Notes: a model not told the origin generated them from the sequence alone. DNA of 64,000 bases from Sphyrna mokarran (GCA_024679065.1 JAGIQG010000030.1:10726001-10790000), one strand, 5' to 3'; shown: positions 1-13,384, counted from the stretch's first letter. Numbers and translations: made by a program.

Positions 1-428
1 CAGGTCTTATGAAGAGAGGCTGAGGGATTTGAGGTTGTTTTCGTTAGAAAGAAGGCGGCTAAGAGGAGACCTTATTGAAACATATAAGAGGATTAGAGGT
101 TTAGATAGGGTGGACAGTGATAGCCTTTTTCCTAGGATGGAGAAAGCTAGCACGAGGGGACACAGCTTTAAATTAAGGGGTGATAGTTATAGGACGGATA
201 TCAGAGGTAGGTTCTTTACCCAAAGTGTGGTTCGGGAGTGGAATGCCCTGCCTGCAGCAGTTGTAGATGCGCCAAGTTTGGTGGCGTTGAAGAGGTTAGT
301 TGATAAGTATATGGAAGAGAAGGGAATGGTTTAGTTTGGAGGGGCATTGCTTTTTATATTGGTCGGCGCAACATTGAAGGCCGAAGGGCCTGTTCTGTGC
401 TGTAATGTTCTATGTTCTATGTTCTATG
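1..428 (+). mobile_element. CR1/HER1-like LINE 3' end
   Basis: ORF2 C-terminus LFSLERRRLRGDLIETYK...TRGHSFKL...FFTQSVVREWNALP, ending in a (TTCTATG)n tail. Confidence 0.92.
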
Positions 429-523
429 TGGTTGAAATCTTACACGGTGGGTAATAAATGATGGCCTTGTCAATAACTTGCACATCTTATCAATGAATAT
501 AAAAATATTGACTAATCTAATTT

Positions 524-777
524 AGGGTGGCACAGTGGTTAGCACTGCTACCTCGCGGTTCAATTCCAGCCTCAGATAACAGTCTGTGCAGAGTTTGCAC
601 ATTCTCCCTGTGTCTGCATGGGTTTCCTCCGGGTGTTCCAGTTTCCTCCCACAGTCCAAAGATGTGCAGATTAGATGGATTAGCAGGGTAAATATGTGGG
701 ATTACAGGTTTAGGACCTAGGTGCATACTCGATAGGCCAAACGGCCTCCTTCTGCACTGTTGGGATTGTATGATTCT
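524..777 (+). mobile_element. HE1-like tRNA-derived V-SINE, CR1-type tail (tail A)
   Basis: A-box GTGGCACAGTGGTTAGCAC, B-box GGTTCAATTCC, V-domain GGGTTTCCTCCGGGTG..TTTCCTCCCACAGTCCAAAGATG, tail ...GGATTGTATGATTCTA. Confidence 0.88.
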
Positions 778-1477
778 AAATGATGTGGTTAAGGTGAAAT
801 AAAAGTTAAGATTTGCTTCTTTGATCAAGGTCCCTGTTTCTTGATGTGCATTCTGACCTGGATTTTCTAACAAGTCAGTGCAATTTCAAATGGGTTAAAT
901 TCAAATGTAATTTTAAAAGGTTTTGCCCTCCTACAACATGCCATTCTGGTGATATCAACATTTCCCTCTTGAGTCTTCTTGCTTCCAAGCCAATCTCAGA
1001 CAAGTTTTTGCAGTGTTGCTGAGTGCGAAGATTTCACATTAAGGATCTGCCTGTTTCCAAGTGTTTATCCTGATACGCTGCATTCAATTAAACTCAACTG
1101 AATTTGCAATGGTTTGGCTCCACAGCCTATTCTGTCTGGGAACATTCTCATAATATTTACCAGACTTGGAACTGACTTATATCATGCTTCCCCTGAGGCA
1201 AATATCACCTATATTTCATGTTAATGTGGTCACAGCATTAGTGTCTAGCCTATATGATGGTGTTTATTATTACCTTTTTTACTATAATTTAATGCAATTT
1301 AACGTATTCTACATTCTGCCAAGACAAACTGACCAAATTCATATGTAATTAACTATTACAGCTATCACTGAATATCATGTCTGATTGGCTGAATTCCTTT
1401 ATCAGGTTAAATAAAGAATTCCATGCTTGTTTCTTCCTAATTCTTCTCCCCTGGAGACACTAGTTCTTCATACAATT

Positions 1478-1732
1478 GTACAACCTTAGGGAAAAGATAC
1501 AAAAGAATCCAGAGGGACAATTTTTTCACACCAAGGGTGGTGAGTGTCTTGATCAAACTGCCAGAGGTAATAATAGAGGTGGGTGCAATATTGTTTTTTA
1601 AAAAGTGTTTAGACAGTAAGATGAGTATAAAGGGATATGGGCCAAATGCAGACAACTGGGACTAGTTTAAGGATTAAAAAAAGGGACAGCATGGACAAGC
1701 TGGGCTGAAGGGCCTATTTCCATGCTGTAAAC
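1478..1732 (+). mobile_element. CR1 LINE 3' fragment
   Basis: Similar to the CR1 3' ends at 44550-45022 and 50163-50438. Confidence 0.8.
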
Positions 1733-2659
1733 ATCTTAATATTTAATCAGTTTCTGTTCAATCTGTATTCACCGCCCTTTCAAAATTGTATCCCGGTTAA
1801 CATCAACGCTCTGAAAAAAGAGGTCTGCCTCATGTTGCCTCTGGTGCTTTTGTCCGTCATCCTGCTTGCTGGCAAAACCAAACTCCTCAAGACTGTTACA
1901 CCCCTTTTTTCTCCAGCTGGTGCAAAAGCAGTTTTCAAATCTTTGAATGTCCCATAATTTCCTAGTCTTGCTTGGTCAATGTTTTCTTTAACATGCCCTA
2001 TTTCTGTGCAAATACATCATCTCAATTATCTTCTAAACAGGTAGGTGAGCAATTCTTTGTTGTAATTTTTCTTGATACTTTGAAGCAAGTCCTGCTTTTG
2101 ATCAGTCTGACTGGTTTCTAGAAAACTGTTAGTAAATGTTCCCTAATCCTACAGATATCCTGGGGAGAGAGAATCCCGAATGGTTTTCCTTCCTTCTAAA
2201 GGACTGCCTGCACTGTACTTCCAGCCTATCGTGTTTTTAATAATGATTTAAAGACAACAATCACTGATAATGGATTATGTAAACACGTTGTGCGTTCATT
2301 TATTTAAACTTGGTGAGTAAGAACTGATGTGCATGGATAGAAAGCTTGAAAATAGCAGCAGCAAAGTTACGGGTGCTGTGTTCTGCTCTACGCCAAAGTA
2401 AAACTGAGCTGGATCACATTACACACTGTCCTTCTATTGATGGCATGCTGTTATCCCTTAAAAATATTTTACAACATCCCACTTTCGTTTTTAAGTTACG
2501 CCCTCCTCCGTCTAAAGAACTAGAGCTATTTACAATACTTGTTCATGGTTAGTTACCATTACATAAGCGTATAGAACTGATGAATCAATAAGTCTCCAAA
2601 GTGTGCGAGATAATTTGTTTGATGTTCCGATCATGCAATGGTAACCTTGTCTGAAGGTT

Positions 2660-2903
2660 TAAAGTAAAGTTTATTTATTAGTCACAAGTAATGAAGTTAT
2701 GGTGAAATTTCCCTAGTCACCACACTCTGGCACCTGTTCAGGTCAATGCACCTAACCAGCATGCCTTTCAGATTGTGGAAGAAAACCAGAGCATCCAGAG
2801 GAAACCCACACTGACGTGGGGAGAACACGCAAACTGCATACAACAGTGACCTAAGCCAGGAATTGAACCCAGGCCCTGGCAGCGCTTATCACTGTGCTAC
2901 CAT
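2660..2903 (-). mobile_element. HE1-like SINE, alternative tail (tail B)
   Basis: V-domain plus reverse-complemented tail ...CTTCATT..CTTGTGACTAATAAATAAACT. Confidence 0.82.
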
Positions 2904-4882
2904 TTCTTTAATTGTTCACAATGATTTGGGTGTTGTTTCTGGTTCCATTTGAGCTCTTGTCCCTGATACAACTGGATTGCAGGTTGGTTGGGGAGATAGA
3001 ACAAGAACAAAGAACAAAGAGCAACACAGCACGGGAAACAGGCCCTTCGGCCCAACGAGCCCACGTCGCCGTCCTAACGTCTTAATGACATATCCTTGAC
3101 TTTAGGCTATGCCTATTGTTGAAGATTCCCATATAGGGACCAATATAGGGACAATTTGTTACCCAATCAGCCCAAGAGCACATTTTTGGGATGTGGGAGG
3201 AAACAGGAGCACCCAGAGGAAACCCACACAATCACGGGGAGAACGCGCAAACTCCCTTGGGATGGGATGGTTCTGATTTGTTTTCAGCTATATCTCACCC
3301 TTGTACCTTTGTGCGTAATGATTTAATTGAATCTCGGTTTCAAGTAATTTCTGACCACCTGAGCTGGTTGTCATGTATCTTCTAGGGGATCCCATAAATG
3401 AACTTGTCCCAACTGTAAACTTGGCAGTTCTTAGCTGGCATATGCTGCTGGCATGCCTTGTACTTCTTGACAATGATTTCAATTGTCCTTCATTTCTGGC
3501 GATTGTGACCTTGCTGCTCTCTGATTTTCACTCTGTTGCTCAATTGAAATCAAAGCCCTTCTCTTTCTCCTTGCTCTGCTTTTCCAACCAGACAACATCA
3601 GATCGATTGATGTCTGATCCAAGCCTTTTCTTTCCATTAAGGATCTGTTAATATTTCTGTCTGTGATGACTGCGTTTCATCTGTTTACTTTGGTAAGTTT
3701 CCTCTCTACCTTTTACTTTCTCACAGTCTGCATCTTTGACCCGATGCATCGATGTGTTTGGAAGCCTGAAAATCTGTATTCTCACCCTTCTTCCCACCAG
3801 TGATTCACGTTAAACCAATCCACTCCGAATTATAATTCAAGAAAACTTGTTGAAATTTCTCATTCTTTTTCATTAGTACCTTCATAATTCTGACATCTCT
3901 CACTGAACTTGCTCTCATAGAATCTCTACAAAACAGAAGTGACCATTCAGCCCATCAAATCTGCACCAACTCTATGACAGGGTACCTTAGCCCTGTCCTC
4001 ATCCCCACGCTATCCCAATACACATTTCCCTATACATTTTGGTAGGCTAAGGGACAATTTACCATGGTCAATACACCTACCTCACCTTTGGACTGTGGAA
4101 GGAAACAGGAGCACCCGGAAGAAACCCAGGCAGAGGCAAGGACAAGGTACAAATTCCACAAAAGCCGGAATCGAACTCAAGTCTCTGGACCTGTGAGGCA
4201 GCAATGCTAACCACTGTGCCACCGTGCCATCCTTATTTTTGTGAACAAATAATCCGGTAAACTCTTGAAATGTATTTGCAGACTGTGGACTGTTATCTGA
4301 TATCATAACATCAGGAGTCTGATGGATTGTGAAAATTTCTCTCAATAATGTTATCACTGCCTCTTACCAAGTGAACATATAACTGTTTCACTTCAATTCA
4401 CCTTGGGGAGTAATCTATTACTCTTCAGAATTTATGCTGAAATAAATCCATTCCTACACTTTCCCACGACCTTGTCAGAAGAAAAGACAACATTAGTGGT
4501 TCTTTTGATTTCTGTCAGTAAATCTGGATATCATTATTTCCACTGACTTTGAGAGCTACATGGGTCACCAAACTGAATATGCTCTGGTTCTGCACTTGTA
4601 AGAACCAAATGACCTTGATGTACGTGTTGTGAGATCTCAAGTCTCAATGCTCTTAGGATTCCTATTACTGTATACCAGTAAATCCTCAGTCACTGTCAGA
4701 TATATTCCTTGCATGCTGTATGCCCGCACAATAGAATTATCACAGAAAATAGAACTCTGCAGTGCAGAAGGAGACCATTTAGCCCATTGAGTCTGCACTG
4801 ACTGCAAACCCACTCAGGCCCTATCCCCACAATATCATGCATTTACCCCAACTAGTCTCCCTGGCACTAAGGGGCAATTTTG

Positions 4883-4925
4883 CTATCTATCTATCTATCT
4901 ATCTATCAATTTTCCTATCTATCTA
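4883..4925. repeat. (TATC)n microsatellite inside a minus-strand SINE (4750-5075)
   Basis: CTATCTATCTATCTATCTATCTATC, interrupted, then CTATCTATCTA. Confidence 0.85.
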
Positions 4926-6498
4926 ACCCTCATATGTTTGGACTGTGGGAGGAAACCCACACAGACATGGGAAGAGTATCAAACTCCACACAGACGGTGA
5001 CCCAAGCTGGGAATTGAACCTGGGTTCCTGGTGCAGAGAAGCAGTGGTGCTAACCACTGTGCCACCGTGCCGCCCCAGTGGTATATGTGTTGGCCATTCT
5101 TTAATGCAAAATGTTCTATTTTCTGACATTCCTCATCTAATTTTGGAGCCTCTTTGATTTCACTCAATCTTTGTGTGGTTCTCAATATAGCAGGCTCCCC
5201 AGCTCCTTCCACAAATTCAACGTCACGCTCAGAATTTTACATAACTTGGGCAGCGTGCACCTGACCCAGGGGCATGAAATCACAGGAAAAAAATCACGAG
5301 CATCTTCTGATATGGTCGTGCACTCACACGATAGTCAGATCAGCATGTGTGCATGAGATTCGGAGATGCACCCACCAATAATCAAGCAGACAATTTAGTT
5401 CAGTGTGATGGGCCAATTGAACACAATTTGACATGGCCTATCTGCTATCTGATTGGCCAGTGGCCTTTGCATTTTGGCTTCAACCTTGATCCAGAGTGGA
5501 ATGAACTGATAGAGTTAAATAAAAGTAAAGCGGTTGTCTGGAGACTGAAGTTTGTGTTTAAATGTGCCGCCCTGACATTCTTTTTCTTCTGTTATTTCTT
5601 GTTCACAGATCTGCAGCTCCCTTAGAAAGGTGTGCAGCCACTGTCCCCCTGCGGGAGCACATCAGCATTGCCAGTCCACACTCTCCCTTTCCTCAGCGCC
5701 TGCCCTCTACCCACCCTCCCTCCCTGGCAACAATGAGCCTTTCTCAGTGAGTGTTACACACTGGCAGCCTGATAATTGATTGGGCAATGTGAAACCCCAT
5801 CCCAGGCCTAATTCTGGTGGGAAGCACATTACATACCCGCTTGTGGGCCTGCTGAGTGCACACGCCCAGTGCACAAAAGAATTCAGGCCCATGATTTTTT
5901 GGAGTCAGTGTGTGAGAGTGCAGCTGCTGTGCTCTGAAATGTTCCTTGAACAAATACAGATGAGTATCAAACCTCATCAATCTTAATTTAAACCTTTGAA
6001 CTTTTCATAGCATTGCTTCAAGTTCTTTTGAATTCAGTAATGTGACTAATGGTCTATGATCTGCTTTTATTGTGATGTGAGGACCTAAGATGTAGCCAGC
6101 AAATTTCTGGCATGCCCACAGAGCTGCTAATGCTTTCCTTTGATTTCTGCACATCTCTTCTCTCGATCTGTTACTGAAAGTCATGCACCATAGACTGGTT
6201 TTCCATCTCTTTGTACATGAACAATGCAGCTCCCAATCCTGTAGAGGATGCGTCTGCTGTGATAATTTTAGGTACGTCCAAATCGTAATCTGTGAATATA
6301 TCAGATCACATCAACCTCTCCTCAATTTCTTTCTGACGTGCTTCTTCCCAACATTATTTAGTGTCTTGCCGTAACAATTAATGCAGTGGCTTGTTGAACT
6401 CCTGGGATGTTTTTTTAAAAATATTACCACTGATTCACCGTTCCTTTGGAATTCTGCAACTCCACGATGTTCCGTGGAGCTGAAAGCTGAAAAACTCT

Positions 6499-6690
6499 CG
6501 GCGGGGTTCTCCAGCCTCCCTGCCACATGTTTCTCGGCGACGGAAGGCAGCATTACTATTCGTGGGCGGTGAGATTATCTGGTCCAGTGGGGAATCCCAC
6601 TGAAACCATCCCATGCTGCCAGGAAACCCATGGGCTCTGCTGGCTGGACCAGAGAATCCCACTGGCGTGAACAACCAGAGAATTCCACCC
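6499..6690. mobile_element. Small TIR (MITE-like) element, same family as 13017-13207
   Basis: Ends GGCGGGGTTCTCC ... AGAGAATTCCACCC; internal similarity to the reverse complement of 13017-13207. Confidence 0.55.
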
Positions 6691-7014
6691 TTCTTGATTA
6701 ACCCAGGGTTCAGCATCTGAAGCAACAGGTATTGTTGCTCCTGTATCTAATTTAAGGTGTGTCCAGTGACATTCTGAAGTTTTAAAGTTTATTTATTAGT
6801 GTCACATAAGGCTTACATTAACACTGCAATGAAGTTATTATGAAAATCCCCTAGGTGTCACACTCCAGTGCCTATTAGTCTACATTGAGGGAGAATTTAG
6901 CATGGCCAATGCACCTAACCAGTCATTTAGGCTATCACATGCCAGGGCGAAAGGGAATTCCTGAGCAAGGTTGTGCAGAAATCCGTCCCACCAAATCCTA
7001 AAATATCAATCTGT

Positions 7015-7300
7015 CCTCATGGTGGTTAGCACTGCTTCCTTTACAGGGCCAGGGACCCAGGTTTGATTCTCGGCTAGGGTCCCTGCCTATGTGGAGTTTG
7101 CATGGTCTCCCCGTGTATTGGATTACTCTGCTTTCCTCCTACTCTGAAAGATGTGCTGGTTAGGTGCATTGGCCGTGCTAAACTCTTCCTCAGTGTACCT
7201 GAACAGGCATCGGAGTGTGGCAACAAGGGGATTTTCACAGTATCTTCAATGCAGTGTTTACGTAAGCCTACTTGTGACATCAGTAAATAAGTCTTAAACT
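7015..7300 (+). mobile_element. HE1-like SINE, tail B
   Basis: tRNA head, V-domain and CAGTGTACCTGAACAGGC...TTTTCACAGTA...CTACTTGTGACA tail. Confidence 0.85.
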
Positions 7301-8179
7301 TTTAAAGCCTCCATTGTCACACCTCCATCGGCATGTGATGAAGCAGTTCTTTGCTTCTGTCCTGGTCTAGGTTTGCAGCCTTTAGGAATGTTATCATTAC
7401 AGCACAGATAAACCTCTGCTTTGGTGTCACAACTCATAATCAAATGCGACAGCAAGATATTTGTAGTTAAACATGAAAGATTCGCCTTTGGCACATTGCT
7501 GTAACCCAGCACTGCCTTATTTCCCTCTTCTAATTATTGAGATTGAATAATTTACAACCCCTCTTTAAAAGGAAATGCAGAATATTATTACAATTATAAT
7601 TCTACAGTACTACATTCTAATTAGGAAGTCAAGATAAAATGGGAATTATAATTTTTTTCCTCTCACTAATGAAGGCTGCAGGCACACAAGATGTCTTTCA
7701 TTCAGGATTTTGTTCCAGCATTTAGAAAAATAATTAGGGGGCAATTTTTGCCAATATTTTCTGCTCCTTCACTGAAGACTGTGAGTTTGGTCTAAGCATG
7801 CTTCATTATCCCCAAACCATCCAAATGACTATGCAGGGGGTCGAGAATGTTGGAAAGGAATGGTCGGCTAGGCATTTTGTTCCTGGACTGAAGGAGTTCC
7901 AAAACTGATATTCTCCAGTTTCATTGTAAAAGGGAAAAATAAAGAAACAAAATTTGGCTCCCAAATCCTTGCTAAATCCTTGGATGCAACTACAGGCCTC
8001 AGTGTCACTGTGCAGGTGTGAACTCTGACACCCTGGGTAGCTGTCTCACCTCACTGGGGTTTAACTCCACTCCAGGACCCACTTACAAAAATCAAAAGCT
8101 GACAACCACATGCAGTACTGTGGGAGTGCAGGATGAAATATTAAACTGAAGCATCATCTATCCTAAGAGAGGGCACAAA

Positions 8180-9830
8180 AGGGCGGCAGAGTAATACAAT
8201 GGTTAGCACTGCTGCCTCACTGTGCCAAAGACACGGGTTCAATTCCGGCCTTGAGGTACTGTCCGAGTGGAGTTTGCACATTCTCCTATTTTGTTGTGAT
8301 ATCGATTGAGGGATAAATATTCTTAGAATCTATAGGATCCCTTCAGTGCAGAAGGAGGCCATTTGGCCCCTCAAATCTGCACTGACAACAATCCCATCTA
8401 AGACCCACCCTCGTAATCCCAGATGTGTTCAGTCCACTAATCCCTCTAACCTGCACATCCCAGGATACTAAGGGGCAATTTAGCATGGCCAATGCACCTA
8501 ACCTGTATTCTTTTCAGATGTTATGCAGGCAACATCTGGAATCCATTGTTGGTGTTCAACCACAACAGTGTATTATAGAAGAAATGTTACCTTCGCTTTC
8601 ACTAGGCTAAATATATCTGGGATTACAGGGATGAGGCCTGGGTGGGATTGTTGTCGGTACAGGCTTGATGGGCCAAATGGCCTCCTTCTGTACTATAGGG
8701 ATTCTATGGATCTTGTGACTATTTATCGGTCAATCAACAGCATAATAAAATGTGCAAACTCCACTCAGACAGTCACCTAAGGCCAGAATCGAACCCAAAT
8801 CCCTGGCGCTGTGAGGCAGCAGTGCTAAATACTGTGCCACTCTGCTGCCTTTTTTTTCCTTCTGAGAGGTAGAAAATGCTTTAGTTTAATATCTCAGCCA
8901 GCACTCCCGCAGTATTGCATGAGATTGTCAGCTTTTTGTTTTTGCAACTGAGTCCTGGAGTTGGACTTAAACCCCATCGAGGCAAGACAGTTACACAGGG
9001 ACTTAACACCTGCGTGGGTTTCCTCTGGGTGCTCTGGTTTCCTCCCATACTCCAAAGATGTGCAGGTTAGTTGGGTTGGCCATGTGAAATTGCCCCTTAC
9101 TGTCCCAGGATGTTAGGTTAGGTGGATTAGCCATGGTAAATGCATAAGATGATGGAGATAGGACAGAGGGGAGAGGTAGGTTGGGGTGCTATTTTGAAGA
9201 CTCAGTACAGATTCAATAGGTCAGATGGCCTCCTTTTTCAGGGATTCTATAATTGATCCCATGCCACTATTTCAAAGTAGAGCAGAAACTAGTGTCCTGG
9301 ACAATATGGAAGTAGTGGTGGCACAGTGGTTAGCGCTGCTGCCTCACAGCTCCAAGGACTTGGGTTCAATTCCCGGCTGAGGTCACTGTCTGTGTAGAGT
9401 TGCATGTCCTCCCCATGTCTGCAAGGGTTTACTCCAGGTGCTCCAATTTCCTCCCAGAGTCCAAAGGTACGCAGTTTAGGTGCATTGACCATGTTAAATT
9501 ACCTCTTAGTGTTCCAGAATGCATAGGTTAGAGGGATTAGCCGGCTAAACATATCTGGGATTATGGGGCCTGGGTGGGATTGTTGTCAGTGCAGGCTTAA
9601 TGGGCCAAATGGTCTCTTTCTGCACTGCAGGGATTCTATGAATATTTATCCCTCAATCAACATCATAATAAAATGGATTATCTGGTCATTATTGCACTGC
9701 TGTTTGTGAGAACTTGCTCTGTGCAAATTGACTGCCCTATTTCCTACACCATGACAGTGCCACCACCATGAAAGTGTAAACATCTTGGGCCATTTAGTGG
9801 TTATGCAAAGTGCTACATAAATGCAAATCT
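8180..9830. mobile_element. Nested cluster of HE1-like SINE pieces on both strands with DeuSINE fragments
   Basis: SINE head 8180-8290(+); 8325-8520 and 8750-8850(-); 8600-8710(+); 9010-9252(+); full copy 9316-9640(+) that splits a DeuSINE between GTGTCCTGGACAATAT and AATATTTATCCCTCAATC. Confidence 0.75.
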
Positions 9831-10926
9831 TCCCTTTGTCTTACACGGGGCATGCTAGCAGCAGATGGGAGTGCAAAGTAAAAGCGAAGGTAACGTTTCT
9901 TCTACAATACACTGTTGTGTTTGAACACCAACAATGGATTCCAGATGTTGCCTGCACAATACTGGAGAAGCAACATTAAAGTCTCTTCAATACACGACCG
10001 GACTGGAAAAGCTGAATGTCCTCTTCGTGTTTCTGTGACTCTGTCATCCCAGTTTAGTAAAATCCACTCCATGAAGACTCAAGACTGTAAAAATATTTAT
10101 TTTTCTCAAGGGAGGCATTGATTTAGCTATTTGAATTTCTGCCTTCACCACTTCAGTTAAAGCTTGGCTGAAGAGTTTGTTCGAATAATAGAAAGAAGCT
10201 GACACCGCTTAAGTATAATTATCCAGTTGGTGCTTCTCTCCTGAAGGCCTTTGGTCCCGCTAGAGTAAGTTCCACAGACTCCGCTTACCATGTTTCAAGA
10301 TCTAAGCCCAAGCAGTGGGCGTCAACAGGCTGGTCCAGTCATACATTAAATTGATCTTTCTCTTCACCCGACCTGTAGCTATTCACTATGGACACAATCT
10401 TAGCAGCTGTTCACGCCACACTCCTGCTAGAGTGAAATTGGCAGCCAGCCAAATCTCCATTCACTGCAGCGGGATGGGAAAATCCTGCCGGTGTGAATAG
10501 TGATAAGATTCCGGCCTGTGATCTGTGTTCTATTCTTTTCCTTTTCCCCCATGCACTTCGTGAACGGTATGTCTTTTCAGTATTGTGCGCAAGAAACAAT
10601 ACTTTTCACTATATCCCAATACACGTGACAGCAATAAATCAAATCAAATCAACAGACTATTCAACTATGGTGGGAACTATGACCCCAGTGTCTTCAGAGT
10701 CAATCATTAAGACCTTGAAAGCAGTATCTAATTATTACCCCCCCACCACCACCCATTGAACACAGCTAATTCAATCCAGAAGGGGGAAAAGAAACTAAGT
10801 TTATATAGCACATTTCATAACTTCAGGAGGTCCCAAAGCAGTACTGAGGGAGCATTACACTGCAAGAGGTCCAATCTTTCAGATAACATCTTAAACCGGG
10901 GTACTATCTCCCTCTCAGGTGGATTA

Positions 10927-11256
10927 TAGATCATAGAATCCCTACAGTGCAAAAGAAGGCAATTTGGCCCATCAAGTCTGCACCAACAACAATCCCACCC
11001 AGGCCCTATCCCCATCACCCACATATTTACCCCGCTAATCCCTCAAACCTACGCATCCTGGGACACTAAGGGGCAATTTAGCATGACCAATCAACCTAAC
11101 CCGCACATCTTTGGACTGTTGGAGGAAACTGGAGGACGCAGAGGAAACCCATGCAGACATGGGGAGAATGTGCAAACTCCACACTGACAGTGACCCAAGC
11201 TGGGAACCGAACTTAGGTTCCTGGCGCTGAGAGGCAGCAGTGCTAACTGCTGTGCC
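10927..11256 (-). mobile_element. HE1-like SINE, full length, tail A
   Basis: Complete head, V-domain and tail; splits a DeuSINE (10835-10925, 11260-11287, 11870-12040). Confidence 0.9.
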
Positions 11257-11289
11257 AGAAGATTCCATAACATCATTTTGAAGAAGTGC

Positions 11290-11850
11290 ACATGATGGCT
11301 AGGATGAGGGGTGGGGTTCACTTACATGGAATGATTGGACAGGTTGAGCCTGTACCCATTGGGGTTTAGAAGAATGAGAGATAATTTTATTGAAACACGT
11401 AAGATCCCAAGGGGATTGACTATTGAGGGTGGAGTCTGAAAGGATGGGGGAATGCCAACCATCTCCAACAATCAAGATGAACCTGAATTTGTGGATGTCT
11501 CTGTATTGAGAAAATTTCTGAATGAGACTATTGATCTTTCAGTGGAAGAAAAATCCAGACTACTGTTTGAAAATAAAGGATCTCCCATTTAAGGTGAAGA
11601 TGAGAAGATTTTTTTTCTCTCTCAGACAGTCATGAATCTTTGAAGCTCTCTTCCGTGGAGCCTGATAAAGGCAATTAGTGGTCACTGAATAATTTTACGG
11701 CAGAGGGAGATAGGTTCTGGGCATTAAAGGGAGTCAAAGGTTATCGGGATGAGAGGAAAGTGGAGTTGAGGTCAGAATCAGATCAGCCATGATCTTACTG
11801 AATGTCGGAGCAGGCTTGTGGGGTCAAGTAACTTACTCCTGCTCCCAAGT
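11290..11850 (+). mobile_element. Decayed CR1 3' fragment
   Basis: TTTAGAAGAATGAGAGATAATTTTATTGAAAC (FRRMRDNFIET-like) and a CR1-type 3' UTR GATCAGCCATGATCTTACTGAATG. Confidence 0.75.
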
Positions 11851-12519
11851 GTTGTTTGTGTGTATTCTCCCTGTGCCCTTAACAATATTTATCCCTCAAC
11901 CAATAAAAATTAGATTATCTGGTCCTTTATTTCATCGCTGTTTGTGGGATTTTGCTGTGTGCAAATATGGCAGCTGTGTTACAATACTTTGGAAGTACAC
12001 AGAGATGCTGATTCAGGTGTGATATAAATGCAAGTCCAAATTTTTCTTTTCAAAGTCAGTCGGTGACATGTCGCTCCCGTCGTAGCAATTACCAAACCCT
12101 GCATCTCTTTTATGACTCACTTCCGCGTTCCGCGGTGCCTGTAGCCACTGGGACTGTCTCAGATGACCACTTCAAATGCACCATCCTTAATCCAGCGGGA
12201 GCCTGTTAATTGAATGGTGCGCTGTACTACAGAACTCAAACTAGTAAATCTTCCTGATGCTAAGCAGTTCCATCTGGTGTGAGCTGCTTTTTGCTATCGT
12301 GGAGGCCAGCTACTTGAAGCAGCCTTTGGTGAAATAATGTCCACCTCCAGAATAACATGGCACCTAGTAAATAAACAGAACAAGGCCGCTTCGTATCAAA
12401 CACACAACATCAGAGAGACAGCAGTTTTCAGGGGAAAAATAACCACCTTCTAATTCAACTATTCATTGTGGATCTGTCAACTGTGATCATTTTTACTCTT
12501 TATTAACTTCATTTAAATA

Positions 12520-12878
12520 AACTTTATTTATTTATTAGAGTCACACGAAATCTCACATTAACATGAAATTACTGTGAAAATCCCCTAGGTGCCGTACCCT
12601 GGGTACAATGACGAAGAACAGATGTAGTCTAAGTGAATGGCAGAGCAGATCAGATGGGCTGAATGGTCCACTATACCCTGCTCCTGAAGTTCTTCCTTCA
12701 CTACATATGGGGTAACAAGCACATCTTTCAGACTGTGGGAGGAAACCGGAGGAAACCCACGCAGACACAGGGAGAATGTAGAGATTCTGCACAATTAGTG
12801 GAACCTAAGCTGGAATCCTTACCCAGATCCCTGGTGCTATGAGGCAGCAGTGCTAACCACTGTGTCACTGTGCTGCCC
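12520..12878 (-). mobile_element. HE1-like SINE (tail B) carrying an 87-bp foreign inverted insert at 12625-12711
   Basis: SINE head at 12830-12878 and tail at 12520-12600; the insert equals the reverse complement of 13206-13292. Confidence 0.85.
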
Positions 12879-13016
12879 ACTGTTAAGTCAGAAAGTGAAG
12901 CATAAAAGACTGCTCTCATTGGCAGCAAACATTGTTTGAAATAAACTTAAAAATTCAAAGACTCAAAGAGCTTCTGGCCATCTCTCGATCAGGAAGGATT
13001 TTCCTCTGTATGCCAT

Positions 13017-13207
13017 GGCCAGAATTCTATAGCCATTCACATTTTCTGGCCGGCAGCACACCCCCATCTGCGGGATTCCCGCTGGAATGGGATAACATTA
13101 ATCAGAATTCCCATTGATAGTGGCGGGACCAGGGAATCCTACTGCTCGCAAGCAACCTGCTCCCACCAACAGGAAACATGCGGCTGGGAGATGGGAGAAT
13201 TCAGGCC
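13017..13207. mobile_element. MITE-like element, 12-bp TIR and 3-bp TSD (PIF/Harbinger-like)
   Basis: CAT|GGCCAGAATTCT ... AGAATTCAGGCC|CAT; TIRs match at 11/12 positions. Confidence 0.65.
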
Positions 13208-13384
13208 CATATGTAGTGAAGGAAGAACTTTAGGAACAGGGTACCGTGGACCATTCAGCCCATCTGATCTGCTCTGCCATTCACTTAGACTATGACTGAT
13301 CTGCACCCTAACTCCAATTACCCATTGCTGTTCCACTCCTTTCTTCACCCGCTCCTAAAGAAACCTGTCTTCATATTGTTAGAA

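Larger units (their letters stand above)
3290..6780 (-). mobile_element. Decayed Ty3/Gypsy LTR-retrotransposon pol, interrupted by SINEs and small TIR elements
   Basis: Minus-strand motifs in Gypsy order: protease KLDTGAT (~6735-6757); RNase H ADASSTGLGAALF and ALAALWACQKFAGYILGPHITIKADHRPLVTLLN (~6030-6270); QRLSEIKEAPKLDEECQK (~5120-5175); integrase HQGHL, WESVGMDLF, IDYSPR*IEVK and LREIFTIHQTPDVMISDNSPQ (~4280-4620); GRRVRIQ (~3775-3800); PPT-like AAGGGTGAGA near 3295. Many stops and frameshifts; the RT core appears deleted. Confidence 0.85.

Noticed and set aside
524-600. tRNA-like A/B boxes at SINE heads
   Set aside because: These are SINE Pol III promoters that run into the SINE body; no complete tRNA cloverleaf.
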